Positions 54,590 through 63,370 of a stretch of DNA of 64,000 nt are shown here, in pieces. The first letter of the stretch is position 1, and each line of letters begins with the position of its first letter. Under the pieces are notes generated by a model. That model did no database searches. It saw only the letters and a list, made by a program, of their open reading frames with translations, and was not told the DNA's origin. The translations under genes and the position numbers were made by a program. The stretch covers positions 2,823 through 66,822 of the forward strand of contig JBBTRQ010000001.1 in the NCBI GenBank assembly GCA_038065075.1. Reading direction: 5' to 3'. This DNA is from Patescibacteria group bacterium (GTDB taxonomy: Bacteria; Patescibacteriota; Patescibacteriia; UBA9934; GWF2-40-263).

Positions 54590-55645
54590 ATGGCCAAACA
54601 CATCAACTGGACACCCGGGATGGATGAGCGGCTCATCGTGCTCAACCGCGAACGCGTGTTCTTCCGTCTCATCGCGGAGGCCCTCGTGGTTCCGCTCGCC
54701 AGCGTGCACCGTCGCGTAAAGGTTCTTGACGCGCGGGGGCTCATCTCCGCGAACGAGGTCAGTCGATACTTCCCTCGCACCAAGCAGACTGTCTTCAAGT
54801 CCAGGGGACCCACCAAGTGGACGCCGGATCGGCTCGCGCGCGTTTCCGAACTCTACCGGAACGGGCACAGCAATGAGCAGATCACGACATTGCTCGGTGA
54901 GACCTGCTCGGCCATTCGAGGCCAGGTGCGCCTGCTGCGCAAACGCGGGGAGCTGCCAAGCGGGCCGCGACCGAGTCGGCACAGTGCACGCCCAAACCGG
55001 CGGATCTTCACCACACAGATGGATGAAACGCTCATCCAACTCCACCCAAGCAAGAGCCGGAATGAAATCGCGCAGGCTCTGGGCGTAACGCCCCGCCAAG
55101 TGACTACGCGTGCCAGCCAACTGCGCAAGCTGGGACATCTAGAGCCCTCGAAGATCGGAGTGGCACAACGCCGCGAAACGATCATCCGCCTGTACCGCGA
55201 TGGCCAGTCCATCGTGCAGATCGCGAAGGCGATCGGATCTACCCCCGGCGCGATTGGTGTCTCCTTGGTCAGATACCGCAAGCAGGGGTGCGTTGGAACC
55301 CGGCCGCGGCCATACACCGCCAACCGTAGCCACAAGGTCGACATGGAAACGGTTGTTGAGATGACATTGAACCACGTCTCCACCGCACAGATAGCGCAGT
55401 ACTTCGGGGCCTCCGAGCACACGATCCTCAAGCACGTCCAGCGGCTCCGCCGCGATGGAACGCTCCCGCGCCCAACGCGCGTCTGGACGAAGGAGCGCAC
55501 GCGACGACTGGTAACGCTCTACGGGAGACGCACGAAGATCCGCGTGATCGCACGCCTGCTGAACGTGAGCGAACGCGCCGTCGCTCACAAGCTCACGCGA
55601 CTGCGGAAGAAAAACCAACTCCCGAGCCGCAACGTCCGCCCGTAA
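54590..55645 (+). CDS. Basic protein with about six tandem HTH (GcrA/Myb-like) units
   Basis: WTPGMDERL, WTPDRL, FTTQMDETL, WTKERT repeats; units end in LRKxG; GGAGG SD; TTGACA upstream. Confidence 0.75.
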   Translation: MAKHINWTPGMDERLIVLNRERVFFRLIAEALVVPLASVHRRVKVLDARGLISANEVSRYFPRTKQTVFKSRGPTKWTPDRLARVSELYRNGHSNEQITTLLGETCSAIRGQVRLLRKRGELPSGPRPSRHSARPNRRIFTTQMDETLIQLHPSKSRNEIAQALGVTPRQVTTRASQLRKLGHLEPSKIGVAQRRETIIRLYRDGQSIVQIAKAIGSTPGAIGVSLVRYRKQGCVGTRPRPYTANRSHKVDMETVVEMTLNHVSTAQIAQYFGASEHTILKHVQRLRRDGTLPRPTRVWTKERTRRLVTLYGRRTKIRVIARLLNVSERAVAHKLTRLRKKNQLPSRNVRP

Positions 55646-55675
55646 CAAGGGCGGTTTTTTGTTGGACGTAATCCA

Positions 55676-55711
55676 AACAAACATCCCCCTCGTGTGAGGG
55701 GGATGTTTGTT
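55676..55711. terminator. Hairpin at the left edge of the ABC island
   Basis: AACAAACATCCCCCTC-GTGT-GAGGGGGATGTTTGTT. Confidence 0.7.
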
Positions 55712-55719
55712 TGTCTTTT

Positions 55720-57342
55720 CTATTTAGCACCGCTGATTAATGTCTTTTCATCTAAAACGGAATCGATAACTCCTTCCTGAAAATAGAACGCCTGAATCTT
55801 TTTAAGCGCGGACAAAAATTCCCGCGTGTACGATTTGAGAAACCGTATTTTTTGCATAGCCATCTCAACTTCCTTTTGTGAAATTCCCATCATTGAGGCA
55901 ACGGAAGTGTTTGTCTTAAATCGCGCCCCGTGAAGAAGAGCCTCCCCCCAAATAGCGTTGAGTTTTTGAATCACGTCTTTGTGGTCTCTGATATATGACT
56001 TCTTGGTGATCAGAACATCGTACAAAATCTGATTTTCTTTTTCTTTGGTTGAGGCCACAATTTTTGCCCCTGAAAGTTCAATAGCTTTTGAAAGCCAGGG
56101 ATCCCATAATACCGCTGCGTCCACATCACCCCGGATCAAAGCTGACCCGATGTCACCCCCAAGCAGAGAAACCTCTTGAACGTCATCCGGAGAAAGGTGG
56201 TGAGCGTGCAAAAGATACCGTAAAAAGAAGTGACTCACGGCCTCACGTTCAATCCCCACTTTTCGTCCTTTCAAGTCCTGCACTCTCTCAATCCCGGGCT
56301 GAGCAATGATGGCGTCTCCCCCGTGTGAGTAGTTGAGTGGAAGAACGATCTGAAGTTCTGGATGTTCGTGAACGGCGCGAACGGCGTAATCCAATGTCAC
56401 GTTCAAGACATCTACCTCATCTCCCAAGAGCATTTCAAGATTCCCAACATTTGAGTCTGTCGAAACTAAGTGCGTTTCCAATCCCTTTTTTTCAAAGATA
56501 CCCTGATCGTGGGCATAGTACCAAGGAGCATTCCCCGACCAAATGAAGAGCCCTAGGTTACAGACCTCGGCCTTGGTTTTTTCCTTGCGCAACGAGGCCT
56601 TTATCGATTCAGCTCGGATCGTATAGACAATGCTCTTCTTCAGTCGGACAAACGCCGGAGAGAAGACCATCTCTGTTGTTCGAGGCCGTGGAAGGTTCAC
56701 GACTATTTCTTGCTGGAGTGCCCCTGTGTCCGCACTGAGAATCAATACCCGATCGGCCAAAAAAATCGCTTCATCGATATCGTGCGTCACAAAGATGATC
56801 GTTTTTTGTTGCTGTCTCCAAAGATCCAGAAGCTGTTCTTGAATTTGAGCTCGTGTTTGAACATCAAGAGCGCCAAATGGTTCATCGAAAAAGATCACCT
56901 CGGTGTTCTGCAACAAGACCCTAGCGATAGCCACTCTCTGACGCATTCCGCCTGACAGCTGACCTGGAAAATAATCCCGGACAGAAAATAGCCCAAGCTG
57001 CTTGAGTGTACTACTGATCAGCCCTTCATCAGCTTGAAGGTTCCCCAGTTGAACATTTTGCCAAACCGTTAACCAAGGAAAATTGGAATACTCTTGCGAA
57101 ACGAATCCAGCTGATTTTTGTGAGAAATACCTGTCTCGAGTCTCTCCGTCGATACGCACCTCTCCTTCACAGTCTGTATCCATTCCAGAAAGACAGCGCA
57201 AAAGCGTGCTCTTCCCTGAACCACTCGAACCCACAATGCAAACGAACTCTCCTTTTTTTACACGAAAAGAAATGTCGTTCAATACGACGCGCCTCCCCGA
57301 TTCTGAATCATACGTTTTTTTGAGTCCAGTCACCTCAATCAT
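55720..57342 (-). CDS. ABC ATPase (TauB/SsuB/NrtC-like) fused to a C-terminal NMT1/SsuA-type substrate-binding domain
   Basis: GSSGSGKS, LSGGMRQR, DEPFGALD, THDIDEA; C-terminal SHGGDAII...DLKGRKVG...WDPWL. Confidence 0.9.
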   Translation of the reverse strand: MIEVTGLKKTYDSESGRRVVLNDISFRVKKGEFVCIVGSSGSGKSTLLRCLSGMDTDCEGEVRIDGETRDRYFSQKSAGFVSQEYSNFPWLTVWQNVQLGNLQADEGLISSTLKQLGLFSVRDYFPGQLSGGMRQRVAIARVLLQNTEVIFFDEPFGALDVQTRAQIQEQLLDLWRQQQKTIIFVTHDIDEAIFLADRVLILSADTGALQQEIVVNLPRPRTTEMVFSPAFVRLKKSIVYTIRAESIKASLRKEKTKAEVCNLGLFIWSGNAPWYYAHDQGIFEKKGLETHLVSTDSNVGNLEMLLGDEVDVLNVTLDYAVRAVHEHPELQIVLPLNYSHGGDAIIAQPGIERVQDLKGRKVGIEREAVSHFFLRYLLHAHHLSPDDVQEVSLLGGDIGSALIRGDVDAAVLWDPWLSKAIELSGAKIVASTKEKENQILYDVLITKKSYIRDHKDVIQKLNAIWGEALLHGARFKTNTSVASMMGISQKEVEMAMQKIRFLKSYTREFLSALKKIQAFYFQEGVIDSVLDEKTLISGAK

Positions 57343-58093
57343 ACTTTCTGTAAGGAAAGAATACGGGATACAACCTCTTAAACACCTGGTCGATCACAAG
57401 TCCAATGATTCCCAGTGTCAGAATCGCAACGTAAACTTTTTCTGTGTTGGAAAACCGTTGTGCCTCTTTGATCACATGTCCGATTCCTGCCTGGGCCGCA
57501 ACAAGTTCCGCGATCACGAGGTAGGTCCAGGCCCATCCCAACGTAATGCGGGCATTGTTGTACAGCTCAGGCAAAATGGCACGCAGCCTAAGAACTCTCA
57601 CTCGCATTCGTGAGAACCCCAATGAAAAAGAGAGGTCGAAGTATCTCGATGGAATGGTGTAGATGTCATCAATAACAAGAAGAATGAGTTGAAAAAATGT
57701 TCCGATAAACAGCAAAGCAATTTTCGATCCTTCTCCTAAACCAAAGAATAAAATCGTTAATGGAATCAACGCGGGAACAGGGAGGTAGCGAATGAAATCG
57801 ATGTACGGTTCAAGTAATCGTTTGACGAATGCAAACTCGGTCATGAGAAGCGCTAGTGGAATCGCGATAACGAACGCTAAAATGAAAGCAGAAAAAACAC
57901 GAAAGACAGAAATCCCAATATCTGATAAAAATTCTTTTTGAACAAACAAATCTAGTGTCGCCAACCAAATTTGCGACGGAGATGGAAGAAAGAGCGAATC
58001 GATCAGTCCCGCTCGCGTCACCCACCACCACACACAAATGAAAAAAAGCAGAGAGACAAGAAACGGCCAGTTCGCTCTCTGCTTTTTATTCAT
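57335..58093 (-). CDS. ABC transporter permease (TauC/SsuC-like)
   Basis: FLPSP, RYLPVPAL, WTYLVIAELV. Confidence 0.92.
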   Translation of the reverse strand: MNKKQRANWPFLVSLLFFICVWWWVTRAGLIDSLFLPSPSQIWLATLDLFVQKEFLSDIGISVFRVFSAFILAFVIAIPLALLMTEFAFVKRLLEPYIDFIRYLPVPALIPLTILFFGLGEGSKIALLFIGTFFQLILLVIDDIYTIPSRYFDLSFSLGFSRMRVRVLRLRAILPELYNNARITLGWAWTYLVIAELVAAQAGIGHVIKEAQRFSNTEKVYVAILTLGIIGLVIDQVFKRLYPVFFPYRKYD

Positions 58094-58110
58094 ACCCCTC
58101 CTTCTATCGT

Positions 58111-59094
58111 TTAGAATGATCGGATGATGGTATCTGTGAGGTGATCCTCAGCACGAATGCGAAGCGTTGCTCCTCCATTAGCTTCAAGGATGTCTCCAAC
58201 GAGCTCGAATGTATCGTAGGCATTGAATTCTGACGATGGATCAAAAAGAACCTTGTTCTCTTCAAGATCTAACCAACTGACACCCGTCTTAAAGTCAGCC
58301 ATTTCTTGTGCGCTCACCTCGAATGCGGTGCCCATAATCTCGTTCGCCTCATCAGGGTTTGACTTCCAGTATTCAACCGCATCAAACCACCCTTGAGCAA
58401 TAGTCCGAAGAACCTCTGGACGTGATTCAACCAGATCTTCAGAGGCGAAGAGAAAGTCCACAATAAGCTTTGGCGTATCCGCACTCGAGACAAGAACTTT
58501 TGCACCGGCAACCTTGCTTGCACTTTCAGAAAGGTAGGGCTCGTAGGTGGCGGCCACATCAAGCTGGCCCGCGACGAAGGCGTTTCCTGCGTCCTGAGAA
58601 GTCACATCTCGAAATTCGACATCATCCAGAGTCATACCCTCTTTATTGAGGAGATACTGCAAAATGAAATGCGGTGGAAATCCAGGTTCCGCACCAACGG
58701 TTTTACCTCGCAGATCCGAAAGCGAGTTAATGCCTTCTCGAACAACGACCCCATCTCCCCCATGGGACTCGTCGACGGCTAAGAAGGCAACCCCAGGTGG
58801 CTCAACCCCTTCCGTGGCTTCAAAAATATCATAGGTTGCTGCGTACATATCGATGTCTCCCGTCTTCATCGCCGCACGAAGATCTCCGATAGATTCAATG
58901 CGAACCAACTCAACAGTGAGATCTGACCCCCATAGCTCCTTTTCTTGTGCGAGATACAAAGGGGCATAGCCCGGGAATGTCACCATTCCAATCTTCACAG
59001 AATCCTTAGATGTTTCTGGGTTCTGAAAGGCAACGACCCCTAACACAACGACGATAACGATTACTAATAAACCGACGAAAAAGTTCTTGTTCAT
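58111..59094 (-). CDS. ABC substrate-binding protein (NMT1/SsuA/TauA-like)
   Basis: N-terminal anchor; FPGYAP, DESHGGDG, DLRGKTVG, TYEPYL. Confidence 0.92.
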   Translation of the reverse strand: MNKNFFVGLLVIVIVVVLGVVAFQNPETSKDSVKIGMVTFPGYAPLYLAQEKELWGSDLTVELVRIESIGDLRAAMKTGDIDMYAATYDIFEATEGVEPPGVAFLAVDESHGGDGVVVREGINSLSDLRGKTVGAEPGFPPHFILQYLLNKEGMTLDDVEFRDVTSQDAGNAFVAGQLDVAATYEPYLSESASKVAGAKVLVSSADTPKLIVDFLFASEDLVESRPEVLRTIAQGWFDAVEYWKSNPDEANEIMGTAFEVSAQEMADFKTGVSWLDLEENKVLFDPSSEFNAYDTFELVGDILEANGGATLRIRAEDHLTDTIIRSF

Positions 59095-59156
59095 ATTTTT
59101 GTTAGGTGAATTGATTAAATGATAGCATAAGCTTTAATGATTACACATATTTTGTG

Positions 59157-59924
59157 TTACTCTCCCTCGCTCAACGCGAACCACCAACGATCCATCGCAC
59201 CAAGCACCTGGCGAAACCCTCGAGCGAACTCCTCCTGTTTCGCTTCGTTGGTAAGTACGCCCGTCGCGCGCTCACGCAAGAAATCACGGTGACCGACTTC
59301 TAAGTCAACAATGTGGAGAGCAAACCAAGAGCTCATATCCATGGCGTAGGCTTCCTGTGCCGTCTTGATGGTAGGAAGGGCAAACGTTCCATCTTCCTGA
59401 AGGGCGACCTTCTTGATTGGTTCAGGCTTCCCTACCTTTGATGCATAAAGATTGATCGCCGGTCCCACGAGAATCGCAAGTTCAGGAACGGCTGACGCCT
59501 CGAGGGCAAAAGCCTGCCCCAGGGCGAACCAAGGGTTTTCTTTCATCCCATCAAGGACGGTGGCGATGAACTGTTCCGTTGCCCCAGAGCCTTTCACATG
59601 ATCAATATTGAGACTCAGATCTCGCTTCAGACCGTGCTTTAGAATCTGGACGTGGGCAATTCCACCCGTTTCTGAACCGCTCTCCTGTCCCCAGTTCCTC
59701 TCCAATTCCTGATGCACGGGGTGATTCTTTGGAAAATGAGCTGCTGCTCCACGAAGCATCTTCACAATCTCCTCAGGGAAACGCACATACTGACGGATCA
59801 CTTCCCCCAGCACCTCTGTTGGAAGAGAGCCGCTCTTTGCCTTCACAAACACAGGGTTGTTCTTCAAAAAAGTACGGTCAATCATCTCCGTGTTGAGTTG
59901 CTGAAAGAAGAGGCTGTTGGTCAT
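59157..59924 (-). CDS. Heme-oxygenase-like diiron protein (CADD/PqqC/TenA superfamily)
   Basis: RQY; ELERNWGQE...H; ALE; FALHIVDLEVGH, matching the E-H-E-H-D/E-H ligand spacing. Confidence 0.75.
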   Translation of the reverse strand: MTNSLFFQQLNTEMIDRTFLKNNPVFVKAKSGSLPTEVLGEVIRQYVRFPEEIVKMLRGAAAHFPKNHPVHQELERNWGQESGSETGGIAHVQILKHGLKRDLSLNIDHVKGSGATEQFIATVLDGMKENPWFALGQAFALEASAVPELAILVGPAINLYASKVGKPEPIKKVALQEDGTFALPTIKTAQEAYAMDMSSWFALHIVDLEVGHRDFLRERATGVLTNEAKQEEFARGFRQVLGAMDRWWFALSEGE

Positions 59925-59972
59925 ACAAATAATCCCGATGGGTCATGACTTATCCTCATCATCGAGGCAACA

Positions 59973-60000
59973 TTGTAACGCCTTTTCGTATATTTTTCAA
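59973..60000 (-). promoter_or_regulatory. Sigma70 promoter for the diiron enzyme/ABC operon
   Basis: TTGAAA-17 bp-TACAAT on the minus strand. Confidence 0.6.
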
Positions 60001-60030
60001 TGTACTTTCATGGTATTCCTATACGGAAAC

Positions 60031-60081
60031 TTGATTATTTAGGTATTTGTTGCTATAATTGTGTATATAGAATCTATACAC
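60031..60081 (+). promoter_or_regulatory. Sigma70 promoter plus palindromic operator upstream of the TrmB-like gene
   Basis: TTGATT-17 bp-(TGn)TATAAT, followed by GTGTATA-N7-TATACAC (60061-60081). Confidence 0.65.
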
Positions 60082-60084
60082 TTT

Positions 60085-60840
60085 ATGTCTATAAACGACC
60101 GGCTTGGACAAATTGGACTCAATCAGAGCGAGACAAAGGCATACTTGTTTCTTTTGGAACACGGCCTTTCCTCCCCCACGGCCATTGCCAAAGGAGTCGG
60201 GATACAACGGCCAAACGCCTATCAAGTTATCCATTCATTGTTACAACGTGGGCTCATCCTTGAGCAGAAGCAAGGCGGGCGAAGAGCCTACCTCACAGGT
60301 GACCCCGAGGCTCTCCTGATTGGTCTGGAACAAAAAAAGGCGCTGATCGACTCCCTACTACCCGATCTGCGCGGACTTCGGAATTTGCAGAAAAACAAAC
60401 CCACGGTTCAGTACTTCGACGGGCTGTCGCAAATTCAGGACATTTACCTGATGGCGTTGGAATCAGATGAACTCCTCGCTCTGGGATCGACCGACCGGCT
60501 CTATCAGATCATGCCATCCTTCGTTGAGGGTTGGTTGTCAAAGCTCAAAAAGAAAGGCATCGTCCTACACGATATTGTGACGCATGTCTCGAGTAGTGAG
60601 GCGGCGCACAAGATGATCGCCTCGCTTAAGGGGTACTACGATGCGAAGGTTCTGCCCAAGACGAGCGGTGAACTAACAACCGACATCCTTATTTGGGATA
60701 ACCATCTCGCCCTCATTACGCTTGAGGAGCCCTACTTTGGAACAGTGATCACAAACTCATCGCTTGTAAACACCTTCCGTCAGATTCTTAGCATTTTGCG
60801 CAGTGCTCTAGATAAAGTAGAGACATCTGTCCAAACCTAA
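60085..60840 (+). CDS. TrmB family transcriptional regulator
   Basis: LGQIGLNQSETKAYLFLLE wHTH; KPTVQYFDG linker; PLD-like C-terminal domain. Confidence 0.9.
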   Translation: MSINDRLGQIGLNQSETKAYLFLLEHGLSSPTAIAKGVGIQRPNAYQVIHSLLQRGLILEQKQGGRRAYLTGDPEALLIGLEQKKALIDSLLPDLRGLRNLQKNKPTVQYFDGLSQIQDIYLMALESDELLALGSTDRLYQIMPSFVEGWLSKLKKKGIVLHDIVTHVSSSEAAHKMIASLKGYYDAKVLPKTSGELTTDILIWDNHLALITLEEPYFGTVITNSSLVNTFRQILSILRSALDKVETSVQT

Positions 60841-61122
60841 ATCCCCCTCGTGTGTGAGGTGTGCGCCACATGAGGCGCAAGTGATCTCCGTTCTCACACC
60901 GTCTGCATCCAGTGTGCGTTTCACAGCGCCGGGAATCTCGTCATCAAAACTTGGCCACCCGCAGTGGGCGTCGAATTTATCTGCAGAGCGATACAACGGC
61001 GCGCCGCATTGTCGACACACATACGTCCCTGCCGCTGTTGTGTCGACATACTCACCGCTAAACGGCGCCTCGGTACCTTTGTCGAGGATGACGTACTGTT
61101 CTTCTGGGGTGAGTTCGATCAT
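60808..61122 (-). pseudogene. msrB: Truncated methionine-R-sulfoxide reductase
   Basis: GTEAPFSG, CRQC, CGWPSF, RTEITCASCGAHL, then homology stops; GHVF and the catalytic Cys region are absent. Confidence 0.85.
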
Positions 61123-61221
61123 ATCGATTCAACGTTTTAGAGTGGCTATCACGAAATGTACCAAAGATCACGGGGAACAGGGATCATCTCTCACGTTATC
61201 CCCAGCCTTTCTTATTCTTGC

Positions 61222-61258
61222 TTGACAGGTCTATCTTGCTGTACTAGCGTACTAGTAC
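61222..61258 (+). promoter_or_regulatory. trpR promoter with overlapping TrpR-type operator
   Basis: TTGACA (61222)-17 bp-TAGCGT; GTACTAG-CGTA-CTAGTAC at 61241-61258. Confidence 0.8.
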
Positions 61259-61269
61259 ATTGATACTCT

Positions 61270-61605
61270 ATGATTGAAGACTCCTCCTGGCGCCGAGAAC
61301 TTTACGCCCTTCTGAAAATCGCGGGGAAAGACGCCGACCTCTTGAAAGACGTCCTGAATGACCTGCTCACTCCTGAAGAAATCTCCGTTCTGGCACAGCG
61401 GTGGCAGATCGTGAAAGGACTCGCCCAAAACAGGCCACAGCGCGAAATCGCTGAAGAACTCGGAGTCGGTATTGCGACAGTCACACGTGGAGCACGATTA
61501 CTCAAAAAACCTCAAGGCGGCCTACGCCGCATGATCGATATGATCCATTCAACCAAAACCTTCCGAGGACTTCCCAAGTCCTGGCGCGACCAACTCATGG
61601 AATAG
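61270..61605 (+). CDS. trpR: Trp repressor family protein
   Basis: LLTPEEISVLAQRWQIV...QREIAEELGVGIATVTRG resembles the E. coli TrpR HTH. Confidence 0.82.
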   Translation: MIEDSSWRRELYALLKIAGKDADLLKDVLNDLLTPEEISVLAQRWQIVKGLAQNRPQREIAEELGVGIATVTRGARLLKKPQGGLRRMIDMIHSTKTFRGLPKSWRDQLME

Positions 61606-61680
61606 TCCTTGAGCTAAGGTTTGCGTTTCTAGAACGATCGCCTGACTCATGGGCGGTCGTTTTCTGTTCACGAGGTTCCC

Positions 61681-62265
61681 ATGCACGTTCGTCTTCTCAC
61701 CTCCATCCCCTCCCTCCATGACGCCATCCTCTCCGCCTCGGAGGGGTTCGGCCAGCCCATCGACCAGGCATTGAGTCTGGACGTGGCACAACACCTGGAC
61801 GCCTGCGGCTTCGGCTTCCAGTTCCTGACCGACGAGAACGAGATCGCCGGCTTCACTCTGTTCAAGCACTACGGCTCACTGCTGTACGGCGGCGGCATGA
61901 TGATCCGCCCCGCCTTCCAGAAGTCGGGTCTCGTCCGGCAGGGCATCCTGCTCGCGCAGGAACACACCCACGCCCGCCACTTCGCCTTCCGCACCCAGTC
62001 GCCGCGGATGTGGTCCGCCGGCCGTCGCGTGACCCGGCTGTGGTCGCCCACGCCCGAGCAGGGATTCTTCCACCCCGAGCTCGACGAGGTGCGCTCCATC
62101 GCGGCTGACCTCCTGCACATCAAGCCGACGGTGACGCGCGCGGTGTTCGACCGCCCGCTCTACGGGCAGAAGCCCACGCACCTGAATCCCGCCATCCAGA
62201 CGTGGTGGGACTCGATGTGCGACTTCGACAAAGGCGACATGGTTCTGTGTGTCGGCGCGTTCTAA
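61681..62265 (+). CDS. GNAT-like hypothetical protein (GC-rich)
   Basis: MIRPAFQKSGLV resembles GNAT motif A; GAGG SD. Confidence 0.6.
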   Translation: MHVRLLTSIPSLHDAILSASEGFGQPIDQALSLDVAQHLDACGFGFQFLTDENEIAGFTLFKHYGSLLYGGGMMIRPAFQKSGLVRQGILLAQEHTHARHFAFRTQSPRMWSAGRRVTRLWSPTPEQGFFHPELDEVRSIAADLLHIKPTVTRAVFDRPLYGQKPTHLNPAIQTWWDSMCDFDKGDMVLCVGAF

Positions 62266-62312
62266 CGCCTGTGGGTCGAGGGCTCCGGCTCTCGACCCAC
62301 TCATCTTCTTCT

Positions 62313-63041
62313 ATGAAACTCTATCAATCATCTTCTCCTCGCAAACCGTTCCTCTCGATCGTTGCCTGCCAACACGGCAATGAACCGTTCGGCCGCGAGA
62401 TTATCGAAGCCCTTCGCCCACGACTCGAGGAATTCCCCGGCCTGCAACTCATCGTCGCCAACGAAGAAGCTCTCGCGATCGACCAACGAGGAGTCGAGGG
62501 AGATCTGAATCGTTCCTGTCCTGGTGAACCATTGGGAAATCATGAATCCCGTCTGGCGAATGAAATCCTCGGACACGTCCGAGAAACGCGATACCTTCTA
62601 GACATCCATACATCGGTTTCCTCCTGCGGGTTCCTCGTCCCCATTGTGGCCGAGCTCAATGACGAAACCCGCCAGCTGATCAATCTATTGGAGCCAACAC
62701 GCGTCGTCTGCATTGAGCGTCCACTCTCAGGCACATCACTCATCGGAAATGTGAAAGCAGGTCTCTCTCTCGAATTTCAAAAAAGCCTCGCTGACCAAAC
62801 CGCGATCAAATTGACGACGAAGCTTGTTGAGGATCTCTATGATTGCCGCCGAGCACCAACTCGAGCACGGGACGTCTTCATGGTCACAGGGATTCTGGAG
62901 GCTGACCTTGTGCTTCCCGACACCGCTCGAGACTTTGAGCTCGTCGAGAAACTCGGCCTCTATCCCGTCTTGCTCAAAGACCCAAGCTACATGGGAAACC
63001 AGGGTCTGAAAGCAACAAGAAAAGAGGTGATGAACCTTTGA
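62313..63041 (+). CDS. Succinylglutamate desuccinylase/aspartoacylase (M14-like) family protein
   Basis: HGNE, DLNR, LDIH, LSLE motifs. Confidence 0.85.
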   Translation: MKLYQSSSPRKPFLSIVACQHGNEPFGREIIEALRPRLEEFPGLQLIVANEEALAIDQRGVEGDLNRSCPGEPLGNHESRLANEILGHVRETRYLLDIHTSVSSCGFLVPIVAELNDETRQLINLLEPTRVVCIERPLSGTSLIGNVKAGLSLEFQKSLADQTAIKLTTKLVEDLYDCRRAPTRARDVFMVTGILEADLVLPDTARDFELVEKLGLYPVLLKDPSYMGNQGLKATRKEVMNL

Positions 63042-63068
63042 GTTTCAAAAATCCCCCGCGAGGGGGAT

Positions 63069-63341
63069 CTAGGAAACGGTCACCTTGAGTTTTGCTTCTA
63101 AAGCATCGGCGACTTTGTAAAGGAACCCGACGGTTGGGTTGTATGTCCCGGACTCGAATCGAGAGATTGCCGCCTGCTTGGTGCCGATCATCTGTGCGAG
63201 CTGACCTTGCGTCACACCCTTCTTGAGTCGTCTGTCGATTAACATCTGGATCACGGCAAACTCCGGACCCAGCTCGTCGTAGGCCTTCTTTACGATCTTG
63301 TCTGTCAGGAATTTCTTTTTGAGAGACGTATACGATTTCAT
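63069..63341 (-). CDS. XRE/HigA-like HTH antitoxin
   Basis: TQGQLAQMIGTKQAAISRFESG. Confidence 0.9.
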   Translation of the reverse strand: MKSYTSLKKKFLTDKIVKKAYDELGPEFAVIQMLIDRRLKKGVTQGQLAQMIGTKQAAISRFESGTYNPTVGFLYKVADALEAKLKVTVS

Positions 63342-63350
63342 ACATTTTGA

Positions 63351-63370
63351 ATATAACACATCTGTTATAT
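63351..63370. promoter_or_regulatory. Palindromic operator upstream of the antitoxin
   Basis: ATATAACA-CATC-TGTTATAT. Confidence 0.65.

Noticed and set aside
59925-59968. Riboswitch in the leader of the diiron enzyme/ABC operon
   Set aside because: Only a short possible hairpin; no recognisable TPP, guanidine or SAM consensus.
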